The position numbers and the translations under genes are program-made. From positions 32,001 through 96,000 of the IMG/VR virus record IMGVR_UViG_3300041964_000083: 64,000 nucleotides of DNA; one strand, 5' to 3'. Positions 59,085-64,000 of this stretch are shown here, in pieces. Under the pieces are notes generated by a model. It saw only the letters and a program-made list of their open reading frames with translations, was not told the origin of the DNA and searched no databases. The DNA comes from a virus. The stretch's first letter is position 1; each line of letters starts with the position of its first letter.

Positions 59085-60242
59085 TTAGTCTCTAATCTGT
59101 ACGGGCATATCAGGTAAGTCATCTTCAACTCACCTAGGGGTACGAGTATGACCGGAGTATCAGCGGTATTAATCAACATCTGAATCTCTGTAGTCGCAAG
59201 CGTCTTTAAGCCATCAATTAAGTATTTAACATTGAAGGCTATAAGTAAGTCATCACCTGATACCTGAATAGGCATTGACTCTTGTCCACTACCAACATCT
59301 TGAGCATCAACCGATAAAGTAAGCTGCTGGTTAATGCTGTCAATGCTGAACTTAACCGTATTGTTTTTCTGGTCAGCTAGTACGCCGATGCGCTCCACTG
59401 CACCAAGTAACTGCCGTCGATCAATTGTGACTTGCCGCTGGAACTGAACTGGAATCAACTGCCGATAGGCTGGGTATGTTCCTTCTAGTGTGCGACTCGT
59501 TAAGCGCTGCTCTCCCTCCTGAAAGACAAGCTGACCTTGCTCAAAATGAAGCATAACCGTATCTACTGGTTGCTTGGTGGCAATCATCCGTTCAAGCTCT
59601 TTTAGCGCTCTAGTGGGCACGGTGACTTGAAATGGCTCAACACTTTCTTGATTGTCTTCGCTCTGATTTTTTGTTTCTACAACGGCAAGGCGATGCCCAT
59701 CTGTGGCAGCAAACTCTAAGCCATCTTGCTGAACAGTTAAGTGAACACCAGTTAGTACCTGTTTGGTTTCATCGGGACTAGTGGCAAACAGCGTGCTACC
59801 CAACCCTTGCTTTAGCGCTTCAACGGGGTAGGCTAATTGCCGTCTCTGATTGCACCTGTGGAAGTGCTGGGAATTCATCAGCACTCATCCCGCGCATTTG
59901 ATAGCGCCCAGATGCTGAAGTTAGCGTGACGATATGGCTACCTTCAGCATCGCCTTCTCCTGATTTCTCAGATAACGTGATTTCCCCTTCAGATAGACGA
60001 GAAACAATATCACTAAGTAGTTTTGCCGGAATGGTTAGTTTTCCGCTCGTTTCTACCGTAGCGGCAAAACTGGTCTGAATGCCAAGACTCAGATCAAATG
60101 CGGTAAGCGTCACCTTCTGTGCTTCGGCATCAGCCACGAGCAGCACATTACCCAATATTGGGTGGGTAGGACGAGAGGGAACCGCTCGACTTACTAGAGA
60201 GAGGTTTGTGTTGAGTTCGCTTTGGATGCAGGTTAGTTTCAT
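59085..60242 (-). pseudogene. dnaN: DNA polymerase III beta sliding clamp with two 1-nt frameshifts (or sequencing errors)
   Basis: SRAVPSRPTHPIL, AFDLSLGI, AATDGHRLA, YPAYRQLIP, IAFNVKYL. One extra G at 59825-59828 and one missing base near 59108; repair restores SLPVEALK and the ending MPVQIRD*. Confidence 0.9.
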
Positions 60243-60277
60243 GGTTTTGTCCAATGTTGGTTGTTGTGTGCGATCGC

Positions 60278-60529
60278 CTAATAACTGTCAGTGCCTAAAA
60301 TCTTAGATTTTGGTTTGGGTTTGTTTACCCGCCACTTTTTAAAGCTACGTTCGCTATACCATTGAGGAGGACTACCATTCCAAGAAGCAAATACTTTTTG
60401 GTTGTCGATATCAACCTCAATTATTTTGAGCGTGTAGAGCGCGCCGTATGAAATCTTGACCACACCCATCTGCTGACGACGCACTTCATAGACGATTTGC
60501 TCTGGCTTAAGTCGATTAATTGATGCCAT
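60278..60529 (-). CDS. Hypothetical phage protein
   Basis: GAGG RBS. Confidence 0.6.
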   Translation of the reverse strand: MASINRLKPEQIVYEVRRQQMGVVKISYGALYTLKIIEVDIDNQKVFASWNGSPPQWYSERSFKKWRVNKPKPKSKILGTDSY

Positions 60530-60566
60530 GTTTATGCCTCATTAATGAAAGTTAGTTGCAAATAAA

Positions 60567-60989
60567 TTATGTGCGATCGCGCTCCTCTTTATCTGGAAAA
60601 GTTGCCCAAACAGGAACTTCGCCTAAACAAATCCAAATAAACAAGTCTTCCCAGTACCCAGATTGAGCCTGAAGAGTTATTGATTCTGTTAACAAAGAAA
60701 GCGATCGTGCATTACGAAATGAGCAAGCGTGCGATCGCTTTACAACTTTAAAAGGTATATGTGCCGTACCCTTAAAATTGTTGTGTATAGAATCTGAATC
60801 CACAAAAACGCTCATTGGATGTACGTTTAATTGTTGTGCTGATTCATACATTTGCCGAGTGATGTCAAACAGCAGTACAACTTCATCACCAATCATAAAA
60901 CTGGCAAATGAAGATAAATCGTTACCGTCGTATAGATTGAAACTACAGTCTATTGCAGTTTCGTATTTGCGAGATTGAAAATATACCAT
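60567..60989 (-). CDS. Hypothetical protein
   Basis: Likely start MVYFQ after AGGA plus HIP1. Confidence 0.55.
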   Translation of the reverse strand: MVYFQSRKYETAIDCSFNLYDGNDLSSFASFMIGDEVVLLFDITRQMYESAQQLNVHPMSVFVDSDSIHNNFKGTAHIPFKVVKRSHACSFRNARSLSLLTESITLQAQSGYWEDLFIWICLGEVPVWATFPDKEERDRT

Positions 60990-61006
60990 GTGCGATCGCG
61001 TCCTGT

Positions 61007-61459
61007 TTAAAACAAATTTAACTGTCCTGGAACTTCTGCTAAACATCGCTCCACTTCATCAATCACAGCTTTAGCGAAGTCTCTGATAAGTGTGTCGTGA
61101 TAGTAGCCAAACTCTTCATCCGTAGGGCGACCCCACCAACCCGACTCGTGGATGATATCAACAGCAAGAATACCCCCATTGGGAATATCGAGGTAAATAC
61201 CCCATCCTCTGTACGGTTGGATTTCGTTCTCAGGATAGTCACACTCCTCACCCATATGAATAAAACCAAATTGGTCTACAAGCTGATCAATCCTGCCAGC
61301 TAATCCAGTCAAATGAGAGGCTCTTAGCTTGTTGGTGTCAATTTTGAAAACTTCAGGCAACTCTAACAAGACACCACCACAGTCTTCATGCTCCATCTCA
61401 CTTAAGTTTTCGAGGCTATCGATGATTTCGTCACAGCGGGAACAACGGTACTTAGTCAT
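61007..61459 (-). CDS. Hypothetical protein with CxxC..H..C
   Basis: GGAGG RBS. Confidence 0.6.
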   Translation of the reverse strand: MTKYRCSRCDEIIDSLENLSEMEHEDCGGVLLELPEVFKIDTNKLRASHLTGLAGRIDQLVDQFGFIHMGEECDYPENEIQPYRGWGIYLDIPNGGILAVDIIHESGWWGRPTDEEFGYYHDTLIRDFAKAVIDEVERCLAEVPGQLNLF

Positions 61460-61620
61460 GTGCGATCGCGTCCTCCAATCTTTTCGTAAATAAACTCTCT
61501 AACTGCATCCGCCATAGTGGTTTTGTTTTTTTGACACCACTCAGCAAATGCCTCTTTGTCGGATTTCTCCAAATGAACATGGATATCCGCAGGCTCTTTA
61601 TATCTCTTAGGTCGTGGCAT
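61456..61620 (-). CDS. Ribbon-helix-helix protein
   Basis: MPRPKRYKEPADIHVHLEKSDKEAFAEWCQKNKTTMADAVREFI. Confidence 0.7.
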   Translation of the reverse strand: MPRPKRYKEPADIHVHLEKSDKEAFAEWCQKNKTTMADAVREFIYEKIGGRDRT

Positions 61621-61752
61621 TTCTTTAATTCGGTCTATGGGTTATACTATATACCATAAACCAATAATTGCAAAGCAAAAGCGATCGCGCACCTCGGACT
61701 GGAAATCTGGTTACGCGATCGCCTAGCACTACCCAACTACTTAGGAGCACCA

Positions 61753-62657
61753 ATGGAAATCATACGTCGCGTTGACAACAACGTCGAGTTTTACACAGTA
61801 ACTGCTACCGGAAAATCTGGAATGAGTCAAAGTGGTTTATCAATTCTTTCTGGAGTTACCCGCCAAGCTATTATCAAAATCGAAAAGACCCTTGTAACCG
61901 AAGCACCATCTAAAACGCTGGAAAGGTTTGTGGGTAAGGATTTTACCCTTGTAACCGAAAATGCAATGATTGATGGTAAACCAACCGGAAACCTCAATGT
62001 TTACGCTTCGCCGTTTTGCGGAGCAGTGATTCGTCACTATGCATACAAAGGTAACGATACGGCACAATATAGCCTTGAACAGTTCTCTGATATGGGGATA
62101 GAGAAGTGGATTCAAGAGATTACTGGATGGACTAAACCCAATCAACCGTCTCAAGCATCAATGGTTGGGTACTGGGCAGAGCGGCAGCGGCTATTCATCC
62201 AGAAGACTACAATCCCTAGTGGGTGGTTCTGTGTCTTTGAGGAATTGGCTAAGTTGATGTGGCAGCTTGAGAACTTGGGTATGTTATCCCCGACTACAGT
62301 CCAGTAACCAACAAACGGATTATGCCCGATATATCGATTGGTAAAATATTCTGCAAATATATGCGGAAGAATGGCTACGCTGTTGACTCTACTGTTCGCA
62401 GCTACCCGCATTATTATCCCGGATGGGCGTTACCCGTAAACGCTAACATTTACCCCAATGCTTGGTTAGAAGTGTTTCGAGCTTGGTTTGATGAGCAGTG
62501 GAAGCCGCAACGGTTGGTTAAGTATTTAGGAAAGCGCGACCCCGATAGTATGCCTTCAATCTGCAAATTGTTAGGTTTACCTGAAGCGCCAGTGCAACTT
62601 GAACTACTTACTGTTAAAAATGGCGAGATTCTAGTACTCAAAGATTGCAACAGCTAA
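61753..62657 (+). pseudogene. KilA-N/BstA-like protein split by a 1-nt deletion
   Basis: GGG at 62277-62279 where the paralog 54898 has GGGG; repair gives LENLGYVIPDYSP and a 301-aa protein. Confidence 0.7.
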
Positions 62658-62672
62658 CTCAATTATCTAGAC

Positions 62673-62691
62673 TGACAACGTTTCGTTGTCA
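62673..62691. promoter_or_regulatory. 19-bp palindrome, copy 6 (extends to 29 bp, 62668-62696)
   Basis: TAGACTGACAACG-TTT-CGTTGTCAGTCTA. Confidence 0.75.
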
Positions 62692-62721
62692 GTCTACCAC
62701 TAGAACCAATACCCAAACCTT

Positions 62722-63252
62722 ATGTCAACCTACACAGAACTCCGACAAGAACTAGATCGCATTGAGAAGTATATTCAAGACGCGATCGCGCAATTAGTCA
62801 ACGCTAAAGAACCAAAGGACAAATTGCGAGAAGAATTAAATCGTGTGATGGGCGAACAAATCAGAGTGCGAGTTGAGCTATCCAGTTTGCTAGAGCGTGA
62901 AGCAAAGGAAATTGCTGCATCATCCGACCTTGACGATATTAAATTCTTGTACCGGGGGAGACGATATTCGGCAAGTGGTTGGTGGCACGTCTACTACGAG
63001 AAGTGCCAAGTCATCGAACGTAAGCCCAATTATCTCACTGTGGTGTCTCAAGATATGGATATCCCAGGCTTTTATAAAGGTGGAAAGTTTCGGGTTAAGC
63101 GTGATGAGCTTCAGTCTGAGGCAAAGCCTACCATAGCCGACATGGAGAATTCTTTTACATCGAACCCCTTAGCGACAGTTCACCCCTCCCCGGTAGTGCG
63201 GTCATTGGCTCAAACCTTACGGCTACTCCAGAGCAAGGCGCAATGGTGCTAG
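62722..63252 (+). CDS. Hypothetical protein (possible frameshift near 63120)
   Basis: Coiled-coil N-terminus; an alternative frame continues GKAYHSRHGEFFY. Confidence 0.55.
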   Translation: MSTYTELRQELDRIEKYIQDAIAQLVNAKEPKDKLREELNRVMGEQIRVRVELSSLLEREAKEIAASSDLDDIKFLYRGRRYSASGWWHVYYEKCQVIERKPNYLTVVSQDMDIPGFYKGGKFRVKRDELQSEAKPTIADMENSFTSNPLATVHPSPVVRSLAQTLRLLQSKAQWC

Positions 63253-63272
63253 GTACACCCCATCAATTACGT

Positions 63273-63291
63273 TGACAACGAATAGTTGTCA
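63273..63291. promoter_or_regulatory. 19-bp palindrome, copy 7
   Basis: TGACAACGAATAGTTGTCA. Confidence 0.75.
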
Positions 63292-63300
63292 TTTGAAAGC

Positions 63301-63330
63301 CCACCCTCAGCGATAGGGTGGTTTTTGTTT
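63301..63330 (+). terminator. Intrinsic terminator
   Basis: CCACCCT-loop-AGGGTGG followed by a T tract. Confidence 0.65.
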
Positions 63331-63404
63331 GGAGATGGTGCGATCGCGCAATATTAAATAGTTGGTGCTGCTTATTCCAGAATGATTGCTGTGTCTAAGC
63401 TTCG

Positions 63405-63713
63405 ATGGAACCGTTACACCTACTCCTCAAATCAGAGACGGTTCAAGCTCCAAATCTAGGTAGTGTATTAATTGTATGCGATCATTCTAATATGGCTGGA
63501 ATTTGCTCAAAACACCAACACCACGAGGTTGGATGCCCGCTTTGTGAGGCGTCACCAACAGATTTGTTCCCTGATTGGCACGAGAAGAAAGCTGCTGCTA
63601 TACTGGCTGGAACTCAGGTGTGTGCGTATTGTGGTTTTGAATCATACAAAACAACTTCATCTTGCCCAAAATGTCGGGCGCATTTTCCTGAAGATAAAAG
63701 TTTGCTGAATTAG
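63405..63713 (+). CDS. Small Cys-rich Zn-finger-like protein
   Basis: CSKH, CPLC, CAYC, CPKC. Confidence 0.5.
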   Translation: MEPLHLLLKSETVQAPNLGSVLIVCDHSNMAGICSKHQHHEVGCPLCEASPTDLFPDWHEKKAAAILAGTQVCAYCGFESYKTTSSCPKCRAHFPEDKSLLN

Positions 63714-64000
63714 ATTTGGTGTGATCGCGTATCAATCCACTCCGGCGACACATCCGCAGATTCCTCAGTATCTAAGCAAACTCCGCCAAAGATGTTGTAG
63801 GAAATACCATTTTCCCAGTACACAGCAACGTGTTTGGGGTCTACTTCTGGTTTGCCAACGCTGTCAGTCTTGCGACGGAATCGGGTTACCCCTTCAAAAA
63901 CAGCGTTGAAGAGCAGCCGGACGATCGCGCCTCTATGTTTAGGTAAATCGTGCAAATCACTATGCCAGCGCCAGCAGAAGAACTCTTCTAAGCTTTCGTA

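Larger units (their letters stand above)
1..64000. mobile_element. Cyanobacterial temperate phage / phage-plasmid segment
   Basis: Head, terminase, TMP and lysis genes; ParM-like ATPase; abundant HIP1; no host housekeeping operons. Confidence 0.85.

Noticed and set aside
59820-59884. Programmed frameshift in dnaN
   Set aside because: There is no known precedent for the beta clamp, and a second indel and neighbouring indels point to error or decay.
1-64000. CRISPR array, tRNA/rRNA, IS transposase, integrase, reverse transcriptase (DGR/retron)
   Set aside because: No repeat-spacer array, RNA gene or catalytic motifs were recognised by eye. The 19-bp palindromes are kilobases apart.

Overview
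A 64-kb segment of a large temperate cyanophage or phage-plasmid. Dozens of HIP1 sites (GCGATCGC) point to a cyanobacterial host. Left to right: a 5'-truncated ParM/StbA-like actin ATPase, an SLT+M23 peptidoglycan hydrolase, a minus-strand fibre/lysis operon that also holds FHA and receiver-domain genes, head genes (MuF, a rearranged gpG-like protein, DUF2213 protease/scaffold, decoration protein, DUF2184 major capsid, DUF4054 adaptor), a 3821-aa tape measure protein with about 40 37-aa repeats, TerL/TerS, a frameshifted dnaN and small regulators. No portal, tail tube/sheath, integrase, tRNA or CRISPR was recognised. The main discovery is a family of 10 genes holding 14 copies of one module: [R/K]-x-D site, basic C-x5/6-C-x3-C-x6-C motif, usually a hydrophobic helix, then a variable payload (alpha/beta-hydrolase x4, JAB/MPN-like x2, J-domain x2, zincin, ParB-like, LEA-like). 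These proteins share short motifs (RxD[S/A], SDAYxxG[F/Y], C-terminal WxKPLDL) with the DUF2213 protease/scaffold. I infer a capsid-loaded, protease-matured polymorphic cargo system that includes polyproteins. Also found: a dispersed 19-bp palindrome (7 copies), HIP1 sites at fixed spacing before start codons, and a cassette flanked by a 20-bp direct repeat. Family names come from motif recognition by eye, not database searches.
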